Position numbers and translations under genes: made by a program
In this document: positions 40,335 through 51,019 of the stretch, piece by piece
Numbering within the stretch: the stretch's first letter is position 1
Layout: the number at the start of each line of letters is the position of its first letter
The notes under the pieces: model-generated
Databases searched by the model: none
What the model saw: only the letters and a program-made list of their open reading frames with translations
What the model was told of the DNA's origin: nothing
Source of the DNA: Klebsormidium nitens
Lineage: Eukaryota; Plantae; Klebsormidiophyceae
DNA: 64,000 nt
Assembly: GCA_000708835.1 (NCBI GenBank)
Contig: DF237126.1
Location: forward strand, 97,352 to 161,351
Reading direction: 5' to 3'

Positions 40335-40888
40335 GAGTGCTCAACCTTCAAGTCAAAATTCCACAAATGTGAAGCAGATCAACGTGAGATTAACAATGGA
40401 TAGGGGAACCGACCATAATCGAGTTCGAGCATGAGTTTGTGGCCAACTGCTTCACTCCTGAAGCTCCTAGAGGGTTGTCAATTGGGTGAACGGATCCAAC
40501 GTTTGTGGACTCATTCAGGTGACCCTTCAGAAGGCTGTGTTCAGCGAACAAACGTCCTACTTCGACCTCTCCTTAGGCTATACTAGGCACCGACGACCGT
40601 CACAGCGAAGGACCTTGATCTGCAGGGCGCCGGCCGGCCCCATGTACCTGTACCCTGTATTATAGGCTGTATATGCCTGGGTACGGTAGTAGGGGGACCC
40701 CGGACCAGAGGTTCTAGCAATTTTTCGCCGGCCGTGCATTCTGCACGCCGGGCTCCGCCCGGGCGTGCAGAGCTGGCTCCCCGGCGTGCACGCTCGGGGC
40801 CCGGGATAAAAAATATTGTACAGGTCGGGGCGTTTTTGTGAGCGAAAATGGGGGGTCGAGGTCGCCGGAGGCGGCCCCACGGGGTCCT

Positions 40889-40930
40889 CCGGGGCGAAGC
40901 CCCGGGGCCAGGGGGTCCGAAAGGACCCCC
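40889..40930. other. Two perfect GC hairpins in the transposon left subterminal region
   Basis: CCGGGGC-GAA-GCCCCGG (40889-40905) and GGGGGTCC-GAAA-GGACCCCC (40911-40930). Confidence 0.8.
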
Positions 40931-41487
40931 GAAACTTGTCGGAAGTTGCTTGTCAACGTGCAGCGCGTGTACTCGCGCTGATAGGGCGCGATGCGCACTC
41001 ACATTTGTAGTTGTGTCGCATGATGTCGCATTAGACTCGTGTAATGAGGACAGTAGATCAACGGTCGCAGGAGCACGTCATTGCTTTGGCCCTGCTATGA
41101 CACGCTCCCGGCCGTCCATCGGACTGTGCCTAGTGGCAATAAGCCTGGTGGGCTGATTACAGTGCAACACTGAGGTAGTGCAACATAGGTACTCTTGACT
41201 GCCACTGCCACTGCCATGAAGCTGCTATTGTCGTCCCAATTGTAGGGCCTACTTTCATAATGCGCAACAACGCTGATTGGAAATATCATCACTATTGCAA
41301 ATCAGGATAGTAATCTGTAAAGCTAAATATGTAAATCCAGCGACAGTGACTCAGGTCATTTTAACCTTTCATAATGAATCATCGCTCAATTTCTCGACTA
41401 TCTTTATCAATGGCTTTGATTAGTGCCTCAATAAATGAGCAATCCCCAAAATTGCTAACAAAATTGTTTATCGTACATAAATATTAA

Positions 41488-44400
41488 TCAACCTTTTGGG
41501 CATCTACACTGTCCTACAGGTTTACCGCAACCTTTTCTACAATGCTTCTTAACACCCTTGCCGCCCCTATTATTCTTTGCCGGAAGAGAAGGGAGCGATT
41601 GACAACCATGAATCTTGGATGTTGTGATTGTGAGCGACGGGTGGAAGAGAGGGTGTGCAAAACCGGCCCCCATGGGCACGGCTGCAAACGGTGAGTAATT
41701 TGCGGTGGATGGGAAGTGAGGGTTTTGAGGGAAGGTGGGCGGGTACGAATGGATGCCACCAGGAACCACCGGGTACATGGTGGTTGAAGGGGCATAGCTG
41801 AAATGCTGCAAGGAAATGGAGTTGTGAGCGGCGAGGGCGTTAAGGGAGTCTTTCCGAATAAATTCTTGGACCAAGCCCTTCTCGTACTTTTTCAGAAGAA
41901 CGATATTCTTCTGATGAATCGCGTTGTCTGCCCCTGAAACCTGGGAGGCTGTCAAAGCAGCCCTTTGATTCCACTCGTGACACATATTCACCCAATTGGT
42001 GGAGGATTTGGAAGAGTGCCTAGAGTAAAGCTCTGTGAACAATCGGATCTCAGCAGGGGTGGTGACTGGGCGGATCAGCTCGCGAAGCGCTGGCCGTCGT
42101 ACGCCATGTTTCTTAATGAACGGAAGCCGCCCATGTCTCTTCACCTCTTCGCCGGACCCTTGCAGGTGTCGAACGTCTCCACCAGACTGTTGGGTGGATC
42201 CGCCTAGCCCACCTGCTTGACCAAAAACTCACAAAACTTTAGGCTTCAATGCTGGGATAAGGCTTAACAGACTCCTCGCCAGGTCTTGAATTGCTAGATG
42301 CCATCCAAGAGAAACAGATTTACTGCCGCAACTGCAACCTGGACGTGTGATCCACAAATTCGAAGACGGAGGGCAGCACTGCGTGAGTTTCATTAGAAGA
42401 ACATCCGCAAGATCGAGGGATTGCGTGAAAACTGTCTTGAAGAGGATCTGCTAAAGCCCAACTCCAAACTCTTGACTCTTCCCTCCTTACCTAGCAAAGA
42501 GCCCTGGGGCGGGCCTCCACTGGTTTGCGGGAAAGGTGCACGTTGCTCCTCCAATCCTGAAAAAAAGATTGGGACGCCGCTGACATGAACTTCGTTTTGC
42601 TCTCCTGCAATCAGCGCTTATGAAAGAGACCGCATGTCATCTTGCCGTTTTATAACAAGATTATATGTACGGTCGGGGTGACACTTGAGTTTCCTTCTTG
42701 TTCAAAAGTGGAAGCAATTGGACAGATCGGAGTAGCTGGGATGATAAAAAGGACGACTCGGAACTTCAAACAACTCAGTCAGCGATTTGCAACGATTAAA
42801 GAGAGTCTGCAACTCACTTGATGCGGAGCTGGACGGAGCGAAACCTTCTTGGTCGACCCGTTTTCTTTTTGATGCTGCAGTTTTCAAGATAAAACGTCAA
42901 AAGAGTCGCTTACCACATACCTTATGACAACTCGGGCCACAGTACCACTGCTGCAATCAATTCTGTTAAACAACAAAAGCCTCATGTCGATTGGATTGCA
43001 ACCAGAGTGCTCATAAGCTTTCAACGAACATACAGATTCGAGACTCTTGTGTTCAGCAGGTGAGAGACAAAGAGAAGAGGTATTACCAAGCTTTTCCCGG
43101 CGGAACACACGAGCTGCAACTGGCAAGGCGCTACCAGGCAGCCGGCTATCCGCACTCTGCCCTCCCCATTGAGCCACGGCCGGCGCGATTGAAGGCTGGC
43201 CGCCCTGGGAAGTGGGACTGAAGAATCCGGGTTGCTCTCCCCACGGTGTTGCTGTCGGCACAAGTGGAGGCGAACCGCCCTGGGATGGGCCCGTGTGGAA
43301 GGGAACGGACTGGCTTCCCGGATGCGGCGCGGCGCGGAAGTTGAAGCTTGCCTGCCCGTTTTTTGAGGGGGCAAAGGGAGAGACGGGCTGGCCCCCCGGC
43401 TGAGGTGCGGCGCGGAAGGAGGGAGGCTGCCCGTTTTGGGGGGGGACAAAGAGATGGACCGGCAAAGCCCCCCGCTGCGGCCCGGCGCGGAAGTCGGGAG
43501 GCTGCTCGTTTTGGGGAGCTGCCAAAGGAGGGGCGGGCTGGCCCCAAAGCTGCGGCGCAGCGCAGAATTCGGGAGGCTTCCCGTTTTAGGGGGGGGCGGA
43601 AACGAGGGGCGAACTGGCCCCCCACCTGCGACGTGGCGCCGACGTCAACAGGCTGCCCGTTTTGGGAGGGGCGAAGTGAGGGGCGAACTGGGCCCCCAGC
43701 TGCGATGCGGCGCTGACGTCAGCAGGCTGCCCGTTCTGGAGGGGGCGAAGTGAGGGGCGAACTGGCCCCCCAGCTGCGATGCGGCGCTGACGTCAGCAGG
43801 CTGTCCGTTTTGGGCAGCGGCTAAGCAAGGGGCGAGCCCATCGCTCCGCTGCGGCGCGGCGCTGTCAACGGGAGCCTGCTCGTTCCCAGGGGAGACGAAG
43901 CGAGGAGGGGGCTGGCCCCCCAACTGCGGGGCCGGCACGACCGGAGGCGGTCCGCTCTGAGAAGGGGGGCAGAGCTGACTGGCCTGCCCCCACAGTTGCG
44001 CTGCAAAGGGCGTGACTGAAGGCGGTCCGCTTTGCTGGGGGGCGTGTGCGCGCTGCTCCTCAGGTCCTAGCGCATGTTGGGCAGGCCCATTTGCGTCTGC
44101 AAGAGGGCCACACTTCACTTAGCTAACATTCGCCAGGATAATACGGCTCAACGAATCCAAGGCATTCTTTGCTTCAAGTCGAGCAACGTCTAGTAAAGCA
44201 AAAGCAAAAGCTACAACGTGACCAAGTGCGCAATAGAACTCCAGTCCACTCGAAGCTCAAGAAGCTTACGTGTTTGTGTGCACAAAATGACTAAGTGACT
44301 GATTGTCCAAAACTTTTTCTCGGAATCTACTTGATCTCAAAATGAAAGGAAGCTTAAGTAGGAAGCGCACCACCCAGATGCACTATAACGTGCATCTTGC

Positions 44401-47400
44401 CAGGGACATGAAAAGAGCATGGGCTGCCTACCCTGTTGGGCCGTGCGCACCGGCGCAGGCTGTTCGTTCTGGCCCGGGGGAACGAAGAAGGGCGCCGGCG
44501 ACGAGGCGCACGCGGTTGCTGGTTGCCCAATCTGGCCTGGGCGGTCGAAGGAGGGCTCCGGCGGCGAGGGGCGCGCAGCTGCAGGCTCTCTGTTTTGGCC
44601 CGGGGGGGGGGAAGAGGGCCCCGCTTGCGGGGCGCACACAGCCGTGGCAGCTTGCTTTCGAGACGCTTCTTTGGCAGGCCCGGCCGCGCCTGCAAATTGC
44701 ACGATAGATTCTGAACAACCAACCAACGTGAAGACAAGACTAAAGGACGACAAAAGCAAGCTAAAGTCTGGGACCAAGCAACACCCCGATTGTGCAAGCA
44801 AGAACCCCGACTTTGAGGAGCAGTCTTAGTTGAACACTGTAGGCGGGCATGTCAACCAGTTGCCAAATTTTGTTAATCTCAAATGCTCACCTATCCCTGA
44901 ATTCAAAAACCTGCATCAACTTTGCACCTTTCCTTTCAAGACGGAATCACAGCACTCGTTCTCACGTTGTCAATTCAAACACTCAACATATCAAACGAAA
45001 CTGCCTGATTGCATGTCTGCTGATGATCAACAATCTGATGAGCAACCTGTTGCGGATGCTGAGCTTACAACTCTCACCCCCCCTTCTAGTTACTTGCTTT
45101 GGTGCAGACAAGCTTCCTACTTAATCTGGTTGCCTAACAGCCCCTAAATGGCAAGAATTGACAAGATTGACTTGACATTTACAACAGAGAAGTAACCAGT
45201 CTCGTTCTAAGCCTTGTCTTCTCGCCTTCAAAAGGTAATCCGAATGACGGTGGGTAGCTCACCAGCGGCCTGCTTGCTTCTCAGTTCTTGCTCGCTCAGG
45301 AGATTCTCGACGAAAACAGCTTCCTGATCCAGGAAACCAGCTTCGTCCTCCTCATCTCCCTGAGACACCCCTGCCCGCAAGACGGCGGGAGCCGCATGGA
45401 CGCCGAAGCGCTCCTGAGTAGGCGGAGCGCGCTGCCATTCGGGACAGGGGTTTGGCCACCCCATATCTGCGCACGTGTTCTGCATCGCCTCTAGCAGCCA
45501 GTGGTCGAACATTCCCCAGTCTTTTGCCCCCTTGCTGCGTACGGCGCACTCGTAGTTCCAGCGGTACTTGAAGAGGGCGATGAGAGCCCCCGCAAGCTCG
45601 GGGGAGTAGTTCCCCCCGCCAAGCAGCGCGTTGAGGTGGCGGTGATAGCCCTCAAGCGAGGAGCAACCCCGTACACCGATGTAGCGGGGCATACAGCCAG
45701 GAGCACTGACGGGGATGTACATCTCATCCACGTTGAGCGGATCTGCAAGTGACGACAAAACCGTTAGATATGCAGGTCTACTTTGTTACTTCCCTTTGAG
45801 CAGCACATAAGCATTGCAAGCTTGCTCGATCAGGATTCAAGTTTCAATCACAAAGGACGATTGCTTTTCTAAAGGCAGCAGCGTCAGTATGCAACGAGCT
45901 CAAATAGGGAAGTTTGACAAGCACAAGCGACAAGCTTTCAGCAGGAAACACATTCCGGAAGCATACAGATAAGCAGATTGTGGACAGCAGATGATGTCAA
46001 GGACACTATACAAAGCTTACCACTCAACAAACCCTCTTGCATGAGCTGGAGCTGCAGGTTGTGCACGCGCTGCACTTCTTCGGTGACGAGAGGGTCACCA
46101 TTGATGGCGCATATTCCTCCTGCATACTTCTTCATCACCGCTTCAACTCCGATGACCAGCTCCTGCGGGGCAGGGATGGTGTGCCGGCAGCGCGCTCGCC
46201 AATAGCTTGCAGGCTTAGCTGCCACCTCAGCCTGCGTCCACTTCCGCCTTCCCGGACCTCCATCCAGGAGAAACTCGCGCAGAGCCCTCTTGTCCGGCTG
46301 GTGGATCTTGAACATCGCGCTGGAGTAGTCCCGGCAAAAGTCAGCTGCACAAGAAGGCCAAGCCCTCTCGTTAGAGCAGTCTTTAATTAGATCTTGCAGA
46401 TGGCCTGAAGTAGCTCGTGTTGCGCACAATTCTTGTACAACCTAGAAAGCGCACAATTCTTGTACAACATGAGAAGGCAATTGAATCCAGAAGTGCCACA
46501 CAATCTGATGAAAAACTGCATACTTAAGGCAGCCAAATTGACATTCACACATACACAGAACCAGCCACAACAGGTTTGGTTGTACACCTGTTGTTCACCT
46601 GTTGTTTTTTTCGCAATCTTCCGACTGAAATTCATTAATATAGGCAGCAAATTACAGGTCTAAGTTGGAAGTCCTCCCGCGTCCTAAGCACTTGACACGA
46701 TTGACCCCTTCACTTTTCTCACCTTTGAGAGAGTGGGCATCTGGAATGGTCTCGAAAACCCGCCGCAGAACATGTGTGGCATCTTCCAGAACACGACTGA
46801 GGCTGGGGATGGCCCCGTACAGCTGGGCAGCCACTGTCCGGGAGTTGTCAACCCACATGAACTTGGGCAGCTGCAATCAGGAAGGTAGAACACTTTGGAT
46901 CAGACTTGGCAAACTAGCAGCATGAGAAGACACGTGCAAAATGACACCAATCATGCCACCTCGACCCTTACTACCTGAGCAACTGATTGCATGATTCTCG
47001 TATGCACACTGGCATAGAAAGGAACACTGCTTGGCATGAGCCTCGAGTTGTTGCAAACAAGAGGAACCTCAATTCAACATCTAGATTGAAGGCTTTTTTG
47101 AACGCACCTGATACCCAAGCTCATCATAACGCTTGAGCACATCTTGAATGCCAGGGGCGTACTCGTCAAAGGATGTATCCCCCACGGCCCACTGACCCAC
47201 GATCTGCGACCACTCGTTCATGACGGAGTAGATGGCTGCATAGTCTTTGCGCCCATCTGCTGAGCGGATCCGCGAGGCCGCTTGGAAAGTGTGATCCCCC
47301 CGCCAGAACATTCCGTCAACCGCAGCCAGGTGGCGTTCAAGGAACGCAAGCCGCGAAGTCAGGGACGCAAGGATGACGCCTGCATGAAGAAAAGGTGCGG

Positions 47401-49074
47401 GGTGAGGCTTGCAGTTAGAATATTTCCTGATCTCACGGCACATCAAACTGCAAACATCAAGCAGAAGCTAACACTGACAAGAAAGTGACACGTAACTACA
47501 AGGCCAGCATCAAGCAATGCTTCTTCATGCGAAAGGAAGGGCAAACATACTGTAGACAGCATTTGTGCAAGAGAAGATCAGAGAAAGCATCCAACAAGCT
47601 ACTGCTAAAAAAGAGCATTGTTCCTCCAGTCACCACAGATTGGAAAGCACCTTCAGTACAAACGACTGTCAACTTTGGTTTCCAAGAACAATGATGAACA
47701 AACCTGCTATCCAGGAGGTTGACGGTATCCAACCCCTGTACCCGTCCTTGTCACCGTACTCCCCAAAGTCAGCAGGGGCAGGGGGAGTCTGCTGAACAGC
47801 TCCAGGAAACAGGAGCGAACCACCCTGCTCTTGTCGCCGCCTAGCGCGCGCTGCAGCATACTGGATGTATGTACACTTATGCTGCGTAAACGTGCGCATG
47901 TGCGCTTCACGGACCATTCTCTGCTGGTCAGCAATAGACGCCCCGCTAACAACGTTGCGGACCATGGTGTCCAGAAGACTGCGCTCAATGGCCCCCCCTC
48001 GAGTGAACACGATTGCAAGCTGCTCCAAGACAGCTGGCTGCTTTTGCCGTATCTGGTCCAGCACGCCCTCATCATGAGAGCGGAACTGGTAGGCCTTGCC
48101 ACCATTTGCTGCAAGACAAGCAACCCCTTGGTAAGCAGATTGCCGCTTAAGCAGAACAGAGGCATGTATATCTGGTTTTGCTTGCAGATTAGATGCAGAC
48201 TTCGAAGCTATAATGAATGCTCAAGGAAATGACAATGCATTGTCCAGCTTGACCAGACTTCAAACATTGGGTAATTGTCAGGAACCACAGAGGAACCACA
48301 GTGCAATAGAAGTGTTGATGTAGCTTTAACAGCTTGAATGGTGGAATGCGTGCCCAGCTATGAAATGTCAAAGAGCTGTGTCAGTGTGCCACCACAATCC
48401 CAGCATTAGAGTAGCTCAATTGCGGAATATGCAGGTCTCAGCAGGGCCAGCGTTTCGATGCATACTTCAAAACGCAGCCGCAGCCAACTTTCCAACACAA
48501 AATAGTATGACGTGTACTCACCTGGGCAACCCTCTCCCACCTTCTTGCCCTTCCCACACCGAAAAACTTTGCTGAACAGGAAAGCAGGCGCGTTTGCACT
48601 GCACACTCTCCTGATCTTGTCAATCGACCAGCCGTCATGACAGACCCTGTCGACCTTTCCACACTTGGGACAGTAGATGATGGGGATCAGCTCTCCAAAA
48701 AAGAATTGCCAGAAGACAAAGTAAACGACTTTGCCAGCCAAGTGGAAGTGATTGGGTTTAAGACAATCTTGGCCCCTGCTAGCTTGCACGGCATTGGGGT
48801 ATTCCCTTTTCATGCTTGGCCAGTACCGAGGGTCAGGAACCTGATCTTTTGATGGTCCTTTCTTGGGGTCTATGTCAGGGATTATCCAAGGGGGGAGTGA
48901 CTTCTTGTCTTTCCAGTCGGGAGGTGGCATCACTTGGCTGTGACACCAGGCTGCCAAATTCTTTGCACAAACTTCGTCCTCACTTCTTGGATCGTAGGTT
49001 GCGGCTCCCGCAGCTTCAACCGGGCCAGGCGCCATGGTTCGGTTGGTACCTGTCATGGAGCTCCTCCTTGCCAA
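41488..49074 (-). CDS. Large multi-exon DDE transposase (DUF6729-like by recalled motifs) with Pro/Gly/Gln repeat region and C-terminal Cys cluster; net -1 frameshift in the repeat exon
   Basis: N-terminal IIYCPKC...GW...RRV...FRC; putative catalytic D in GDHTF (about 47295), D in MWVDN (about 46848), DxxH in LEDATHVLRR (about 46783), E in RGCSSLEGYHRHLN (about 45652), RWN motif; C-terminal PVTTPAEIRLF...NWVNMCHEWN and KHCRKGCGKPVGQCRCP. The exon junctions I checked from 45270 downstream join in phase 1. Confidence 0.82.
43194..44095. repeat. GC-rich minisatellite, about 12 units of about 75 bp (25-aa QNGQP..AAPQ.GGQ peptide); three further 63-bp related units at about 44458-44645
   Basis: Unit anchors (GGCTGCCCGTTTTG-like) at 43194, 43269, 43350, 43425, 43500, 43575, 43651, 43725, 43799, 43874, 43946, 44021. 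Confidence 0.9.
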
Positions 49075-49351
49075 AACAAAGAGAAGCCTGCAAGCCAGGC
49101 TGATCGACGTTCAAATCATCAAACCTTAACCAAGGCTCAGACCTACCTGTTCTGAACCCTGGTTTCTGCTAACCAGGCTTGCGGCTCGCCGAAGCGGAAC
49201 GGAATTGGAGCTATCTGGTCGCCAGCGCTGTCACCCCCCAGATCAGCGCAGCCTTCTGCACCTAATGACCCCCCCAGAACAATTTGTTAGCAGCTGCCAT
49301 TTCCGCCGCTCGATCGTGTGCCACAGTGTAATATCGCACGGGCGCTAAATG

Positions 49352-49465
49352 ATCGTTAGTCCGACTTTGCGCACTACTTTCTGGCTTGTCGTGGCTCGTT
49401 AGTCGGACTTGCAGCAACCAGATGGCACGTTAGTCCGACTTCAAATCCAAAGTCGGACTAACGAT
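49352..49465. repeat. Four copies of CGTTAGTC(C/G)GACTT bounded by a perfect 17-bp inverted repeat, upstream of the transposase
   Basis: Copies at 49354, 49397, 49428 and inverted at 49450-49463. ATCGTTAGTCCGACTTT (49352-49368) / AAAGTCGGACTAACGAT (49449-49465). Confidence 0.85.
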
Positions 49466-51019
49466 GCACCACAGAGCTGCATTCGACCCCGGCCTGCGGC
49501 CGCTCGCCCCAAAGCTCTCGACCGGGAGTTACCGGCCTGCATGGCCGGCATTCATGCCGGCCCCATCACCCCCCCATCATAATCCGCGAACCCCAGATAT
49601 CATCGATAGCCTGGCCGTAAGCCAATGCATATTGGCCGGACCGGCCCAGATCTTCCCTTCGGCCAGTGACCAGTCCCAGATTTCGATTCATACCGATACG
49701 TATAGCCACCGACTCTGACGGCCTCAGCTCAAGTTGCTTCTATCCACGGTTGTTGGTCGTTCAATTCTTATCGAACGGTCATTTTGGCTACAAACTGTAT
49801 GTAAGCTTTTACAGGGGTTGTAAGTTTGCTCGGGGCTCAAGCGAAGAAGGAATTGGCCCGATATTCCGTCAGCCCGAGATATAAACGGAGAGGTCTGCAA
49901 AAGCTTCAATGGTCATTTCTGAGTCACTTGCTGAGCCGCATCTTCGAAGTCATGACTACCGGGCATTGGGTTTAGACCCCTGGGAATTCCTGCACGCTAA
50001 CCTGCACGCCGGGCTGCCTGCAGACAATCACCCGGGCGTGCTATGCACGCCAATCTGCACGCCGCTAGAACCACTGCCCCGGACGTCCAAGAGTCAAGAC
50101 TCAGGAGAGAGGCGAAGCTTCAAACCCAATTCTGATAGGTAACGCATGGACCACCTCGTAGGCAGTTGCATGCATACGGCTGCGCACCTACCTATTGACC
50201 ATGGTACGGTACATTGGTAGTGCGGGCGTTACACAGTAAGTTACAGGGATCATGCAGGATGTAAACCCAGCGACTTTTCTCGCAGAAGCGCTGTGCGCAT
50301 ATGCAGGTTGCGTTTTGAACGGCCGCAGAATCCAATCATGGTTCAATTAATTATGGGTCGGCCGGAGCGAACCACCTAGGTAATATCCTCCTGAGTCCAG
50401 CCTGAGTCCTCGTCTCATGCATGTTGCCATCGCTGGCATGCCTGAATTCGGCTGCATAATCGGCGTTTGAAAAGAGAACATCGGCCGCCATTGCTTGAAA
50501 ACTTGTTGAACGCTTTGATGGGGCAGAATGCAGAAGTAAAAACAATTAATATGTTATATCAGATGCTTGTTTTGCTCTAAGCATGCACGGTACAGAAAAC
50601 AGTATGAAAGCCGTTGATGCTTTACAGCGCAGATATGTAAGCATACTCGGCTCAAAACCTAGTGATCTCAGTCACTGTGTACAAATTGGTGAAGCTTTCT
50701 GCTGCAGCTTGCTTTTGCCATCAATCAAGTTGGATGCCTTGATCGTTGAAAGGATCATTGCCAAGACTCCCACACATAACATTTTCAATCTCATACGAAA
50801 GCAGAACAAGCATGGACAGCCCTCGACCTCTTGACCAAAAGAAGTGGCGGACAAAATGCAAGTTCAACAAACAAACCAGCCATTGCTTAGGCTAGTGGAA
50901 GAGATGGCAACAAGAAACCCTACCATCATCCTTTATTGACTTAATTGACTTGACTGCTCTCGTTACTGCCGGTACACAAAAGGGTAACACTCTGCATCGG
51001 TGGTTGGGTCTTCATCCGC

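Larger units (their letters stand above)
40706..50076 (-). mobile_element. Full-length 9,371-bp cut-and-paste DNA transposon with 13-bp TIRs and 8-bp TSD
   Basis: Left TIR CAGAGGTTCTAGC 40706-40718; right GCTAGAACCACTG 50064-50076 (reverse complement CAGTGGTTCTAGC, 12/13 identical). Identical flanking 8-mers CCCCGGAC at 40698-40705 and 50077-50084. Internal DDE transposase gene. Confidence 0.92.

Noticed and set aside
42925-43130. Possible MYND-like zinc finger (GCLVAPCQLQLVCSA ... QWYCGPSCHK)
   Set aside because: The pieces are in different frames. Phase-consistent splicing (EKL-G/A to ASKRKR) places YCGPSCHK in an intron.
43194-44095. Regularly spaced repeat as a CRISPR array
   Set aside because: Whole units are mutually similar (no unique spacers), they encode a periodic peptide, and the context is eukaryotic with no cas genes.
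50351-50491. Short ORF (MAADVLFSN...) as DMI1 exon 1, which would put the transposon inside intron 1
   Set aside because: Its phase-2 donor meets stop codons at the acceptors I tried near 40580-40620. Not excluded as a non-coding 5' exon.
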